A DNA stretch of 64,000 nucleotides from Minisyncoccota bacterium (lineage in GTDB: Bacteria; Patescibacteriota; Minisyncoccia; JBAYJV01): the NCBI GenBank assembly GCA_041664925.1, contig JBAYJV010000002.1:72302-136301 (forward strand), given 5' to 3'. The notes under the pieces were generated by a model, which was not told the origin of the DNA, did not search any database, and saw only the letters and a program-made list of their open reading frames with translations. Numbering within the stretch: the first letter of the stretch is position 1; each line of letters begins with the position of its first letter. Below, piece after piece: positions 18,728-28,708 of the stretch. A program made the position numbers and the translations under genes.

Positions 18728-19177
18728 ATGACAGATAAAAAAGATATCAAACCAGACGAAACAACAACAAAGTCAGATGACAAAAAAGAAGTTGTTGTTC
18801 CAGAAAAATTCAAGAAATTAGTTGAAGAAATTGAGAAAATGTCAGTTCTCGAATTATCAGAACTCGTTAAGGTCCTAGAAGAAAAATTTGGCGTTTCAGG
18901 CGCGATGGCTTTTGCTGCTGCTCCAGCTGCTGTTGCTGGTGGTGATGCAGGCGCTGCCGCTGAAAAATCAACCGTTGATGTTATGTTAACCAATGCTGGT
19001 CAATCAAAGATCCAAGTTATTAAGGTTGTAAAAGATCTTACCGGAAAAGGCCTTAAAGAAGCTAAGGATTTAGTTGATGCTGCTCCAAAAGCAGTTGCTA
19101 CTGGTATTGGCATGGCTGAAGCTGAAGAAATGAAAAAGAAACTAGAAGAAGCCGGCGCAACAATAGAACTTAAATAA
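18728..19177 (+). CDS. rplL: 50S ribosomal protein L7/L12
   Basis: [19 protein letters not shown]...KIQVIKVV...GLKEAKDLV...[11 protein letters not shown]. Confidence 0.97.
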   Translation: MTDKKDIKPDETTTKSDDKKEVVVPEKFKKLVEEIEKMSVLELSELVKVLEEKFGVSGAMAFAAAPAAVAGGDAGAAAEKSTVDVMLTNAGQSKIQVIKVVKDLTGKGLKEAKDLVDAAPKAVATGIGMAEAEEMKKKLEEAGATIELK

Positions 19178-19271
19178 TAGAATATGGAATTTAGAAGATA
19201 GAAGTTAGAATATAGAAATGGAATAAAAAATTACGGGAGTTCAACTTCCGTAATTTTGTTTTATATAAAAA

Positions 19272-21155
19272 TTAGAGATCTATCTTATATACCTTCAATC
19301 CGTCGAGAAGATAAATCGTTTTTTCGTCGGGCGTAATGGAAATGTTTTTTAGCTCTTTCCAATCAGTATTTTCTATAACTCTTGTTTGGATGCGCGACTC
19401 TTTGTTAAAAACAATGATCTTGTTTTGACTCTTGGACATCAAATAAAGATTTTTAAAATCTGCTCTCGTGACAATCTTGTCTCCGCTTTCAGCCATCCCC
19501 TGAACTGTTATTAAATAATCTACATCCATTTCTCCTAAAGTATATTTATGAATAATACCTGCTTTTTCTAAGACATAAACCGATCCGTCAATCGCCAAAG
19601 AAAGAAAATTAACACCAAAGTCGCTGCCCTTATTCATCCATGTTGATGTTTTTGAAAAATCAAGATTAATGTATTTAAGCACTTTTCCTGAGCCTGTAAG
19701 CATGTAAACATTATTACCAAAACCAGCCGTGTCTAAAATAATTTCATCGCCAAGACCACTCGCCTTTTTTACTTCAAGAGATAGAAGATCCTTATCGGCA
19801 ACCAAAGCCTCTCCCTGAGAAGACAAATATACTAAATTGTTATCAGTTTCGGTCTGAAATGCCAGACGATAACCTGGGGTCAGTTCTGGAAAGATAAAAT
19901 CGCCCTTTTGCGTATTTAAATTAAAGACGTAAAGAGAACTTTCGTCAAAAGTCACTATGTTGCTATTTTTTGAAAAAACACCCAATGCATTTGATGAAAG
20001 AGTCTGTTTTGAAATATCAACGAGAAGTTGAATGCCATTAACGCTTTCTTGGGTAGTTTTTTTATTTACAGGTTTATGAGGCAAAGCATAAGTAATCACA
20101 ACAAAAGAGATAATAATCAAAAGAACAATAAAAAGCGCACTATAAATATATTTTTTATCAATTTTTGCCAAAGATATCTTCGTTTTTGGTACTTTTATGT
20201 GTAGTTTTGTAAGAAGTTTTTCTAAATGAAAGCCCTTTAAGCATTTTAAGATGAATGATTTTAATTTTGGCGCATGTTTTTTAGCGAATACTAATCCATT
20301 TTTTGACATTAAAACCAAAAATGCAGCAACAACCAATAAATACTTTTTAGTAATGATCTTTTTTACCGGAGGTTTTTCCTGCGCAACTTGAACTTTTTCA
20401 ATTTCTTCTTTGTCAATTATTACTACTGGCAGTGGTGTTGTCTTTATTTTTTCTGGCTCAGGAGCTTTTGTTAAATCTACAATCAACAGAGCAAGATTAT
20501 CATCCTGATTTAGACTCAGAATTTCTTTAATATGCCCCATTCCAATATAGCGTGATTGATCAATAGCGCTTTTAAGATCTTTAAGGGGAATTTTTTTTTC
20601 TAATTCAGGGGCGCTGAAAATAATCTTATCATCTTGGACAATTTTTCCACTGGCAATTGTTCTGAAGATTTTTATAGTTTCCTGAGAGGTACTTCCACCT
20701 ATTTGTCTGGCGATATCGATTATTTGTCCCTTTCTCCAAAGAAGTCCTTGGATATTGCCATTAAAAACAAAACACAAATCGCCAGTATTTGGGTGCAGGA
20801 GAACAACTGCAATATTAAATTCCTGAATCCACCCTAACTTTCCTGAAGTAATATCATTTTCCAAAATCTGATTCATCTCAGCTAACGTTTTCTCGAGAGC
20901 TTCCTTTGGCGAAAATCCAGTTTTTTTGAAAAAAGCGCGAGATATTTGAGAAGCAACAAAACTCAAAAGGGAAGTGCTTTGTTTGCGCGAGTTTTCTTCG
21001 CCAGTAATCTGTCCTACAACATAAAGATAACCCAATTTCTCTTCCTCAATGTTTTCCGGTTCATAAACAAAAGTCTCGCAAAAACTTTCTGTGTTTTTGG
21101 CGGCATTTAAAACTATTTCACTAGCTTTTGGATAAAATTCTGACATATTTCCCAT
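19272..21155 (-). CDS. Conserved CPR-type membrane protein (PP2C-like N-terminus, TM, beta-propeller C-terminus)
   Basis: EKLGYLYVVG N-terminus; SLAIDGSVYVL-type propeller blades. Confidence 0.6.
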   Translation of the reverse strand: MGNMSEFYPKASEIVLNAAKNTESFCETFVYEPENIEEEKLGYLYVVGQITGEENSRKQSTSLLSFVASQISRAFFKKTGFSPKEALEKTLAEMNQILENDITSGKLGWIQEFNIAVVLLHPNTGDLCFVFNGNIQGLLWRKGQIIDIARQIGGSTSQETIKIFRTIASGKIVQDDKIIFSAPELEKKIPLKDLKSAIDQSRYIGMGHIKEILSLNQDDNLALLIVDLTKAPEPEKIKTTPLPVVIIDKEEIEKVQVAQEKPPVKKIITKKYLLVVAAFLVLMSKNGLVFAKKHAPKLKSFILKCLKGFHLEKLLTKLHIKVPKTKISLAKIDKKYIYSALFIVLLIIISFVVITYALPHKPVNKKTTQESVNGIQLLVDISKQTLSSNALGVFSKNSNIVTFDESSLYVFNLNTQKGDFIFPELTPGYRLAFQTETDNNLVYLSSQGEALVADKDLLSLEVKKASGLGDEIILDTAGFGNNVYMLTGSGKVLKYINLDFSKTSTWMNKGSDFGVNFLSLAIDGSVYVLEKAGIIHKYTLGEMDVDYLITVQGMAESGDKIVTRADFKNLYLMSKSQNKIIVFNKESRIQTRVIENTDWKELKNISITPDEKTIYLLDGLKVYKIDL

Positions 21156-21310
21156 TATACTAATAAAAGATAAAAAATAAAAGACAATTGGCGGAATGTC
21201 ATTCTGAGTTATTTATAGTGAACCTATCGAACCAAACGAAGAATCTTGAGATTTTTTTGACAAACGAAACGGAATAGTAATGCTTAATTGATGATTTACG
21301 ACGAATTCTC

Positions 21311-21373
21311 TTGACATTTGCGTGATTATGACTTAGGATACTATCAGTTCCTAAAAACTTAGCACAAAGGAGA
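21311..21373 (+). promoter_or_regulatory. Cassette promoter, boxA-like element and SD
   Basis: TTGACA-17-TAGGAT-6-AGTTCCT ... AAAGGAG. Confidence 0.75.
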
Positions 21374-21379
21374 AGAGTT

Positions 21380-21751
21380 ATGGAAGAGGCAAGAATTACG
21401 GGGTTAGTGGTTGAGGATTTCGATCCGGAAAAAGTACAACTAGGAGACTTATTTTTGGTAGCTGGAGGAGGTCTGAACAGTGGCGATAGTTTATATTTAA
21501 CAAGAATGATTGAAAGAACCGGAGATATTCTTAGACTTGAAGTATTGAGCCCAGGAGTGGAAAGATCCGATTCCTCAAGGTTGACTGGAATAATCACTTT
21601 AGCGATTGATCTAACGCAAAAAAGATTCACAAGAGAATTTATTCACATTACTATGGATAGCGACGGAAAAATCGTTTTACGACCCGGTGGACCTGTTCAT
21701 AGTCACATAGAAGGACTTAAGCTTCTTCTGAGTTATTTAGCTAGTCCCTAA
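21380..21751 (+). CDS. ORFan (cassette gene)
   Basis: 123 aa; terminator ACTCCGCA/TGCGGAGT at 21761-21787. Confidence 0.65.
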   Translation: MEEARITGLVVEDFDPEKVQLGDLFLVAGGGLNSGDSLYLTRMIERTGDILRLEVLSPGVERSDSSRLTGIITLAIDLTQKRFTREFIHITMDSDGKIVLRPGGPVHSHIEGLKLLLSYLASP

Positions 21752-21861
21752 TAAGAATTGACTCCGCAGGTAATGCGGAGTTTTTTTATTCTTTTGACAA
21801 AGAAAATTTATGGGTGTAGAATGGTTTTAGGTGAAAAATTGACTTGTAAAATTTTAAAAAT

Positions 21862-22491
21862 ATGAGCGATGTAATTTTGGAGGGGTTATTCGATTCGACA
21901 ATAAAGGTAAGACTTTTGCGTCTCTTTTTTAGAAATGCTCAATCAGAATACACGCTAGACGAGGTTATTGAAAAAATCCACTCTGATCCAAGCTCAACTC
22001 GCTATCAACTAAGGAAATTAAGAGAAATCGGTCTTTTAAAATCAAAGATTATGCGCTTTGAGCCGGGTGAAGAAGAAAAAGAACATACTAAGAAAATTGG
22101 TCGTGAAAGACGCGTTTATCAAGTCAATGTCGCTTTTCAATTCTACGAAGAACTTAAATCGCTCATTCTAAAATCAACTCCAGAAGTTAGAACTTTATTA
22201 GTGGAAGAACTTCAAAAAATTGGAAAAATCAAACTTGCATTAATAACAGGAGTTTTCTTGAATGTTGATAGTACAAAGATAGATTTATTAATAATTTCTG
22301 ATGATATTCAGCGCTTAAAATTAGTTAAAGTCATAAAATTAATCGAATCGGAAATGGGACATGAGATCAGATATGCCGTGATGAATCAAAGAGAATATGA
22401 ATATCGCTTGGATATGTTTGATAATTTCGTAAGAGGGTTAACTCTGATTCCTCACGAAAAACTGATTGATAAAATGAAAGCCGGAAGCTAA
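21862..22491 (+). CDS. Winged-helix protein with nucleotidyltransferase-like C-terminus (common in CPR)
   Basis: LFDSTIKVRLLRLF...LRKLREIGLL; ALITGVF...IDLLIIS. Confidence 0.75.
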   Translation: MSDVILEGLFDSTIKVRLLRLFFRNAQSEYTLDEVIEKIHSDPSSTRYQLRKLREIGLLKSKIMRFEPGEEEKEHTKKIGRERRVYQVNVAFQFYEELKSLILKSTPEVRTLLVEELQKIGKIKLALITGVFLNVDSTKIDLLIISDDIQRLKLVKVIKLIESEMGHEIRYAVMNQREYEYRLDMFDNFVRGLTLIPHEKLIDKMKAGS

Positions 22492-22600
22492 TTGTTTCAT
22501 TATAAAACATAAGTCATCCTGAGTGAAGCGAAGGATCTCATTTGGTCTTTTTTCTGTTTCATTTTGCACTTTTCACTTTTAATTTTAAACTTTTTTGCAT

Positions 22601-22671
22601 TGCGGGGTCGTCTAACGGTAGGACCGCAGACTCTGAATCTGTGTATCCAGGTTCGAATCCTGGCCCCGCAG
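22601..22671 (+). tRNA. tRNA-Gln(CTG)
   Basis: TGCGGGG/CCCCGCA acceptor, loop CTCTGAA, GGTTCGAATCC; CCA not encoded. Confidence 0.95.
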
Positions 22672-22712
22672 CACTTCGGCAAGCTCAGTGCAACTTACCT
22701 TTAATTACCCAC

Positions 22713-23195
22713 ATGACAACAATCCTTCTATTTACTATCGCTTTAGTTCTAATGCTTATTGGTTTGATCGGAGTGATTTTGCCTTTTTTGCCCGGAGTAT
22801 CATTGGCGTGGTTGGGACTTTTTATTTACGCGGCTTTTACTCATTTTAAAGATATTTCACTATTAGCAATCTTAGTTTTTCTTGGACTAGCAATTATATC
22901 TACTATTCTAGATCTTATTATTCCTTCTTTGGGTGCCAAGAAATACAAAGCAAGCAAATGGGGAATAATCGGCGCATTCCTGGGTTCTTTATTGGGAGTG
23001 GCCTTCTTTAATTTGCCAGGAGCGATTATTGGCCCATTTCTTGGCGCGCTTATAGGAGAATTACTTGCCCAAAGAACACTTAAACAGGCAACTCAATCAG
23101 CTTTTGGCGCATTTTTGGGATTTATAACAGGAGTCTTAATTAAAACAATTTTGATTTTTATAATGATTGGTTTTTTAATCGCTTCTTTGTTTTAA
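22713..23195 (+). CDS. DUF456 family membrane protein
   Basis: GVILPFLPG...GAKKYKASKWG...GPFLGALIGE; start placed after the tRNA. Confidence 0.85.
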   Translation: MTTILLFTIALVLMLIGLIGVILPFLPGVSLAWLGLFIYAAFTHFKDISLLAILVFLGLAIISTILDLIIPSLGAKKYKASKWGIIGAFLGSLLGVAFFNLPGAIIGPFLGALIGELLAQRTLKQATQSAFGAFLGFITGVLIKTILIFIMIGFLIASLF

Positions 23196-23266
23196 TATTG
23201 GCAGAATAGTGTAAAATACACAAAATAATGCTAAAATGTTTATAGATTAAATTAATTTAAATTATT

Positions 23267-23332
23267 ATGGCAAAAGGAAATAACGCCAGAAGAAAAGAAA
23301 CAAAAAAACCAAAAAAAGATAAGAAGAAATAG
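23267..23332 (+). CDS. 21-aa basic peptide MAKGNNARRKETKKPKKDKKK
   Basis: Clean ATG..TAG in an intergenic gap after an AT-rich leader. Confidence 0.55.
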   Translation: MAKGNNARRKETKKPKKDKKK

Positions 23333-23407
23333 TTTGGTTCTTTTATGATTAATTAACAATAATGGATACAAGAAGAGTATCTAATTTTTGTTATTATGCG
23401 GATGAAT

Positions 23408-23983
23408 ATGAAAATAACGTCAGCTCAATTTATAAAAAGTGTTCGTGGTAGCAACGATATATTTGAAAATGGTATTCCTCAGGTTGCTTTTATTGGTCGG
23501 TCAAATGTAGGAAAGTCTAGTGTTATTAACTCTTTGGTTGACCAAAAAAATCTAGCCAGAACAAGCTCTTTCCCGGGGCGTACCAAAGAAATTAACATAT
23601 TTTTAATCAATGATTCTTTGTATTTTATTGACCTACCGGGTTATGGTTATGCTAGGGTTCCAAATAAATTGAGAGATAGCCTTAGGGCTATGGTAAATTG
23701 GTATTTTTTCGTTTCTAACTACAAACAAAAGAAAGTGATTTTGATAATTGATGCCAGCATTGGCCCGACCAAAGACGACCTAGAGATGCTTTATGCTTTA
23801 GAGGAATATGAAAAAAATATCATCGTCTTGGCGAACAAAATAGATAAAATAAAACAGAAAGAATACAAAAAGCAATTTAAAATGATTAGCGACCTTATTG
23901 GAATTCATCAAATTATCCCTTATTCAGCGAAAAGGAAGATAGGAGTAAGCGAATTATTGAATGTAATATTGTGTACAGAATAG
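23408..23983 (+). CDS. engB: Ribosome biogenesis GTPase YsxC/EngB
   Basis: GRSNVGKSS, PGRT, DLPGYGY, NKID. Confidence 0.93.
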   Translation: MKITSAQFIKSVRGSNDIFENGIPQVAFIGRSNVGKSSVINSLVDQKNLARTSSFPGRTKEINIFLINDSLYFIDLPGYGYARVPNKLRDSLRAMVNWYFFVSNYKQKKVILIIDASIGPTKDDLEMLYALEEYEKNIIVLANKIDKIKQKEYKKQFKMISDLIGIHQIIPYSAKRKIGVSELLNVILCTE

Positions 23984-24249
23984 AGAGAAAGAAGATTGTG
24001 AAAAAAATTTGATTTATTTCAAAAAATATTATATCTTTTTGGTAGTTCTTGGAAGAAAAATAAATGTAGTCCTTCGACTAAATCCTTATGTCATTCCTGT
24101 GCCTGCCTACCGTCAGGCAGGAAAACAGGAATCCATAAAGATTTTGTGTATATTTTTCGATGTTATCCTCCTTCACCCGGTCATACCGGGTTACGGACGG
24201 ACGTAAGAATCTTCATTTCTCGTAAACTCGAAAGAATCTTCTAACGGAG

Positions 24250-24657
24250 GTGAGAAAAATGTTTTGGTGGTTGAATGGCAGTGGCTTAACCGAGATCTAT
24301 GTTAGCGGATTGTCGGCAATCATTGTTGCGATGGCATGGTATATAATCGCAAAATCACAATGGTTAGTCCAAGAAGAAACGATTAAAGGACAAGCGCTAA
24401 TAAGAAGATTGGTTTTTTGGGGAATGTTTTTTTGGACATTTGGCGGACCAGATATCGTTAAAATCTTCCACTTAAAACAAGTAAATTTACATTCACCCGA
24501 ACTATTCTATGTTTCTTTAATTGGGATGAGTTTACTTGCTTCTTATTTGGCGATAATTCATTGGCAAAAGACAAAAATCTTTGGAATGTATCTTGTTCTA
24601 TTTATGTTCTTTATGGGTTGGGCAACGCATCTAATCGTGGATAGTTTTTTCCATTAG
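24250..24657 (+). CDS. 4-TM ORFan (cassette gene with long leader)
   Basis: TTGATT-17-TATCTT-6-AGTTCTT at 24009-24050; GTG start; terminator near 24659-24692. Confidence 0.6.
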   Translation: MRKMFWWLNGSGLTEIYVSGLSAIIVAMAWYIIAKSQWLVQEETIKGQALIRRLVFWGMFFWTFGGPDIVKIFHLKQVNLHSPELFYVSLIGMSLLASYLAIIHWQKTKIFGMYLVLFMFFMGWATHLIVDSFFH

Positions 24658-24741
24658 CGCAGGTCTGTCAAAAACGCAGACCTGTTTTTTTTGTACATTG
24701 CTTTTAATTTTAAAAGAGTTAATCTAATAATAGGGGTTAAT

Positions 24742-25239
24742 ATGAAAAAAGAAGAACAAGCGCAATTTATAAGTCCATCGAGAGGACCAATAACGCTCGA
24801 TGGTTCGGTCTACGATATTATTGATTTCATGAGAGCAAATCCTGATGATCAATATGTCGTAGGTGTCGGAACTGACTCAAAACTTTATTCCGACCATTGT
24901 TTGTTCGTGAATGCGATTTTTGTGCATCGCGTAGGTCATGGAGGTCGTTATTACTATAGAAAAGTCTACAAAACGACACACTATGTTCTAAGAACAAGAA
25001 TTCACGAAGAAGCTTGGATGTCTCTTGAGTTAGCGACGAAACTTTTAGAAATGATGCAAAGCGCTTTGTCTCAGACCAGTTTCAATTACAATCTCGAAAT
25101 CCATGTTGATATCGGAGAAAGGGGTAAAACTAGAAGCATTATTAAGGAAATTGTTGGCATGATCCAAGGATCAGGCTTCTTGGTTAGGATCAAGCCAGAC
25201 GCGGTTTGCGCAACCACGGTTGCCGACAAACACACATAA
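24742..25239 (+). CDS. RNase H-like YkuK (DUF458) family protein
   Basis: VGTDS, HRVGHGGRYY, EEAWMS, EIHVDIG, KPDAVCATTVADKHT. Confidence 0.88.
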   Translation: MKKEEQAQFISPSRGPITLDGSVYDIIDFMRANPDDQYVVGVGTDSKLYSDHCLFVNAIFVHRVGHGGRYYYRKVYKTTHYVLRTRIHEEAWMSLELATKLLEMMQSALSQTSFNYNLEIHVDIGERGKTRSIIKEIVGMIQGSGFLVRIKPDAVCATTVADKHT

Positions 25240-25293
25240 GCTTTCGGTTTAACTATAAGCAAAGAGAAGAATAGAATTTCTTCTCTTTTTTTC

Positions 25294-25360
25294 TTGACAA
25301 ATAAATATATTTGATATAAGATAAAAAAGAATCAATTAGTTCTTCAAAAATCAAGGAGGA
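25294..25360 (+). promoter_or_regulatory. Cassette promoter, boxA-like element and SD
   Basis: TTGACA-17-TAAGAT-15-AGTTCTT ... AAGGAGG. Confidence 0.75.
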
Positions 25361-25364
25361 AAAA

Positions 25365-25901
25365 ATGACAACAGGGGTCGCTCAAGGAGTTTCTGATAGA
25401 GAAATGACATTTGTTGAACTTTGTATTAAGCTTACTCATGATCCCAATATTCCGGAAATCGCCAAGAAGGCAGCTATCTACCTGATTCGTCATACCAATA
25501 ATTTTTCTCATCCGGTCTTTATGCGTGTTCCAAAAACCCACGACAAGCTTTGTCAAGATATTGTTTGGGGTGTGGGCAATATAAGTGATAAATCTTGCAA
25601 TACTCGGATTCACGAGATTTTTAAAAGAATTGGAGTTGAAGGTGTTTTAAGGGGTTATCTTAAATCCCATTCGTATGGCGATAATGTGATTGCTTATGAC
25701 AAAAATCCTGGAGAAGGCACAGAAATTCCTTTTAATGAAGAAGCAATCGAAAAAATTTCTTTGGATGGCACGATTGATCTAGACAAGCTACAAGAAAAAA
25801 TAGAAAGACTTGCGATGTTATTGCGCGATCGGCAAGGAACGATAGCTTGGAATGATTTTGTGCGTGACAGAATCAAAGAATTGCAACAACTTTTGTTCTA
25901 G
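25365..25901 (+). CDS. ORFan (cassette gene)
   Basis: 178 aa; terminator GCTCCGGTA/TACCGGAGC at 25909-25934. Confidence 0.7.
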   Translation: MTTGVAQGVSDREMTFVELCIKLTHDPNIPEIAKKAAIYLIRHTNNFSHPVFMRVPKTHDKLCQDIVWGVGNISDKSCNTRIHEIFKRIGVEGVLRGYLKSHSYGDNVIAYDKNPGEGTEIPFNEEAIEKISLDGTIDLDKLQEKIERLAMLLRDRQGTIAWNDFVRDRIKELQQLLF

Positions 25902-26069
25902 AAGTATTGCTCCGGTAGTTACCGGAGCTTTTTTAATACAATCCTTTACAATTAAAACAAATTATGAAATAATTAAAAGGAAGTGAAAAGTTGAAAGTGA
26001 AAAGTGCAAAATCACAGTTAAAAATTTAAATTATAATTCTTCTAAATTCTAACTTCTATCTTCTACTTA

Positions 26070-27326
26070 ATGTCTGACTTGTTTGAAGAAAAATTTAAAG
26101 AACAATTAACAAAAGAAGCGCCCTTAGCTGATCGCATGAGGCCTTCTGATTTTGATAATTTTTTTGGCCAAGATGATTTGGTTGGTGAGGATAGTCCCTT
26201 GAAGCGTTCTATTCAATCCGATAATTTAGCGTCTTTAATTCTTTGGGGGCCGCCCGGATCAGGAAAAACCACTCTCGCTAGAATTATTGCCAAAAAAACC
26301 AAAGCATATTTTTCTAAATTTTCTGCCGTTACTTCTGGTGTCAAAGATATTCGCTCAGCGATTGCCGATGCCAGAGACAGGCGCAAATTTACTGGACAAA
26401 AAACGATTCTTTTTATTGACGAAATTCATCGCTTCAATAAAGCTCAGCAAGATGCCCTTTTGCCTCATGTTGAAGACGGAACAATTGTTTTAATCGGCGC
26501 AACTACAGAAAACCCATCGTTTTCCGTCATCTCGCCTTTGCTTTCTCGCTCTGCGGTTTATATTTTAAAATCACTCGACAAAGAAGCAATGAAAAAGATT
26601 TTAAAAGTTGCTCTAAAAGATAAAACCAAAGGATTTGGATTATTAAAACTAAAAATTGAAGAAAAAGCGCTTGATCGTTTAGCAAACTACGCTGACGGCG
26701 ATGCAAGAGTTGGTCTTAATGGTCTTGAATTTGCTACCAATTATTTTATAGAAAAAGAGCAAAAGACGATTAAAGACAAAGAACTTTCCTTAATATTAGA
26801 AAAACACGCTTTGCGTTACGATAAGCAAGGCGAAGAACATTACAATGTTATTTCCGCTTTCATCAAATCAATGCGCGACTCTGATCCCGATGGCGCGCTT
26901 TACTGGTTGGCGCGAATGATTGAGTCAGGAGAAGATCCAAGGTTTATCGTCAGGCGCATGGTGATTTTTGCTTCAGAAGATATTGGCAATGCCGATTTCC
27001 GGGCGCTTTTGATTGCCAACGCGGTTGCGCAAGCGGTTGAATTTGTGGGACTTCCTGAAGCGCAAATCAATTTAGCCCACGGCGTAACCTACTTAGCGAC
27101 TGCCAAGAAATCCAACGCTTCTTATGCCGCGCTTCTTGAGGCAAAAGAAGACGCAAAAAAAGGCGCTTTTGGCGTGCCTTTGCATTTAAGAAACGCTACA
27201 ACAAATTTAATGAAAGAATGGGGATATGGCAAAGATTACAAATATGCGCATAATTTTCAAGATTCAAAAGTGAAGCAATCTCATTTTCCTAAAGAAATCG
27301 GCGAAAAGAAATACTATAAATATTAG
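26070..27326 (+). CDS. rarA: Replication-associated recombination protein A (MgsA/RarA)
   Basis: PLADRMRP, GPPGSGKTT, DEIHRFNKAQQD, GATTENP, ASEDIGNAD. Confidence 0.95.
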   Translation: MSDLFEEKFKEQLTKEAPLADRMRPSDFDNFFGQDDLVGEDSPLKRSIQSDNLASLILWGPPGSGKTTLARIIAKKTKAYFSKFSAVTSGVKDIRSAIADARDRRKFTGQKTILFIDEIHRFNKAQQDALLPHVEDGTIVLIGATTENPSFSVISPLLSRSAVYILKSLDKEAMKKILKVALKDKTKGFGLLKLKIEEKALDRLANYADGDARVGLNGLEFATNYFIEKEQKTIKDKELSLILEKHALRYDKQGEEHYNVISAFIKSMRDSDPDGALYWLARMIESGEDPRFIVRRMVIFASEDIGNADFRALLIANAVAQAVEFVGLPEAQINLAHGVTYLATAKKSNASYAALLEAKEDAKKGAFGVPLHLRNATTNLMKEWGYGKDYKYAHNFQDSKVKQSHFPKEIGEKKYYKY

Positions 27327-27430
27327 AAACTCTTATTAGTATTACTAATTAGAGTTTCTTTTACCCTGCACCGTATTTATACTGGTACAGGACCGTAAAC
27401 CATAAACTTTATTAGACCTGAATGTCATTA

Positions 27431-27510
27431 AACCCTGAAGTACAATAAATTGACTTCAGGGTTATTGATTGCGTAATTTTTCATAAATTCAAAAACACAA
27501 TCAATAAAAA
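27431..27510 (-). repeat. About 80-bp double-hairpin element, copy 1
   Basis: Reverse complement matches 49982-50063 (47-bp core with 1 mismatch). Confidence 0.85.
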
Positions 27511-27645
27511 AAGAGGGGGTCCGACCTACTCGTCAGACCCCCCTGGCAAGAGACCTTTGCCGCAGCGCCGGATCATCGGCAAGCAGACTGGCAAAGGAGG
27601 TATGAGAGATACGGCAGGCTCTCGTAAAGTCTCCGCACTCTCACT
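27505..27645 (-). ncRNA. Small structured RNA (about 140 nt) containing the anti-SD sequence ACCUCCUUU
   Basis: TTGACA-16-TATAAT at 27677-27650; stems GAGAC/GTCTC, GAGAG/CTCTC, CCTTTGCC/GGCAAAGG; GC-rich terminator with T7. Confidence 0.7.
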
Positions 27646-27764
27646 ATCCATTATACTCCTATTTTAAGTTTTGTCAAGAGTTTTTTGAGAAAAAACGACC
27701 TTTTGACATGATATGTTTTTTTTGATAAGATGAGATAAATAGAACTTAAAATAATATATTAATA

Positions 27765-27837
27765 TGTCATCCTGAACGCAGTGAAGGATCCCGTGTTTAT
27801 GATTATCACGAGATTCTTCGTTTCACTCAGAATGACG
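27765..27837. repeat. REP-like GTCATCCTGA...TCAGAATGAC palindrome
   Basis: Full copies also at 35281-35355 and 62567-62635; half copies at 21197, 22513, 62649. Confidence 0.85.
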
Positions 27838-27846
27838 GTGAACTTT

Positions 27847-28599
27847 ATGGAATCACAAAAAAATATTTTCGTTATCGCGATTTCAATTATTGTCGCTGGC
27901 TTAGTGATTGGCGGAGCAGTCCTTTACAATGGCTCGCAAGTTGCTAAAGAACAAAAAGCTGATTTAACCGACACTCTTCCTTTGCCACCAGATGAAGTAA
28001 ATGTCCCTACTACCATCACCATAGACACAAAAGGACATCCTTTTATTGGCAAAGAAGATGCGCCTGTAACAATTATTGAGGTCAGTGATTTTGAGTGTCC
28101 ATTTTGTAAGACTTTTGCGGCAGAAACGATGCCGAAACTCAAAGAAACTTACATTGATACTGGCAAGGTGAAATTTTTCTTTGTTGATTTTCCTTTGCCC
28201 TATCATCCTAACGCCCAGAAAGCCGCTGAAGCAGCGTTATGTTATGTTGATCAGGGAAAGGATTACTATGACATTTATAAAAAATTATATGAAAAATCAG
28301 ATGCCCTTGAAGTGGAAAATCTGAAAATCTATGCAAAAGATTTAAAAGTTGATACCAAGAAATTCAATGCTTGTTTAGATGATGGGAAATTTGCTGATCA
28401 AGTTAAGGCAAGCTTTGAGAATATTAATAAAGTTGTTCAGGAATCAAATTTGACTAACTTTGGAACGCCGGCATTTTTTGTCAATGGCAAACCCCTTATC
28501 GGCGCTCAAAAATTTGATGCATTTCAGGGAATGATTGACGATGAATTAGAAACAACAACTACCACAACAAGCACAACAGCCACAAGCACGACAAAGTAA
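27847..28599 (+). CDS. DsbA family thiol-disulfide oxidoreductase
   Basis: APVTIIEVSDFECPFC, GTPAFFVNG, GAQ; N-terminal TM. Confidence 0.92.
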   Translation: MESQKNIFVIAISIIVAGLVIGGAVLYNGSQVAKEQKADLTDTLPLPPDEVNVPTTITIDTKGHPFIGKEDAPVTIIEVSDFECPFCKTFAAETMPKLKETYIDTGKVKFFFVDFPLPYHPNAQKAAEAALCYVDQGKDYYDIYKKLYEKSDALEVENLKIYAKDLKVDTKKFNACLDDGKFADQVKASFENINKVVQESNLTNFGTPAFFVNGKPLIGAQKFDAFQGMIDDELETTTTTTSTTATSTTK

Positions 28600-28634
28600 T
28601 TTAAAGATATAAAGATCGGTTCTTACGAACCGGT

Positions 28635-28703
28635 ATTTTTTATTGACTTTTTAATATTAATATGGTAGACTGACGACAGTTCTTAAACAAATACATAAGG
28701 AGA
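28635..28703 (+). promoter_or_regulatory. Cassette promoter, boxA-like element and SD
   Basis: TTGACT-17-TAGACT-6-AGTTCTT ... AAGGAG; 33 bp identical to 29595-29627. Confidence 0.8.
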
Positions 28704-28708
28704 AGAAA

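Noticed and set aside
18728-18800. N-terminal extension of L7/L12 as a novelty
   Set aside because: A short charged extension is, from memory, common in CPR L7/L12; low information
27602-27667. Type I toxin peptide MRDTAGSRKVSALSLSIILLF on +, antisense to the sRNA
   Set aside because: The SD abuts the ATG (1-nt spacing), no + strand promoter is evident and the hydrophobic stretch is short; not fully excluded
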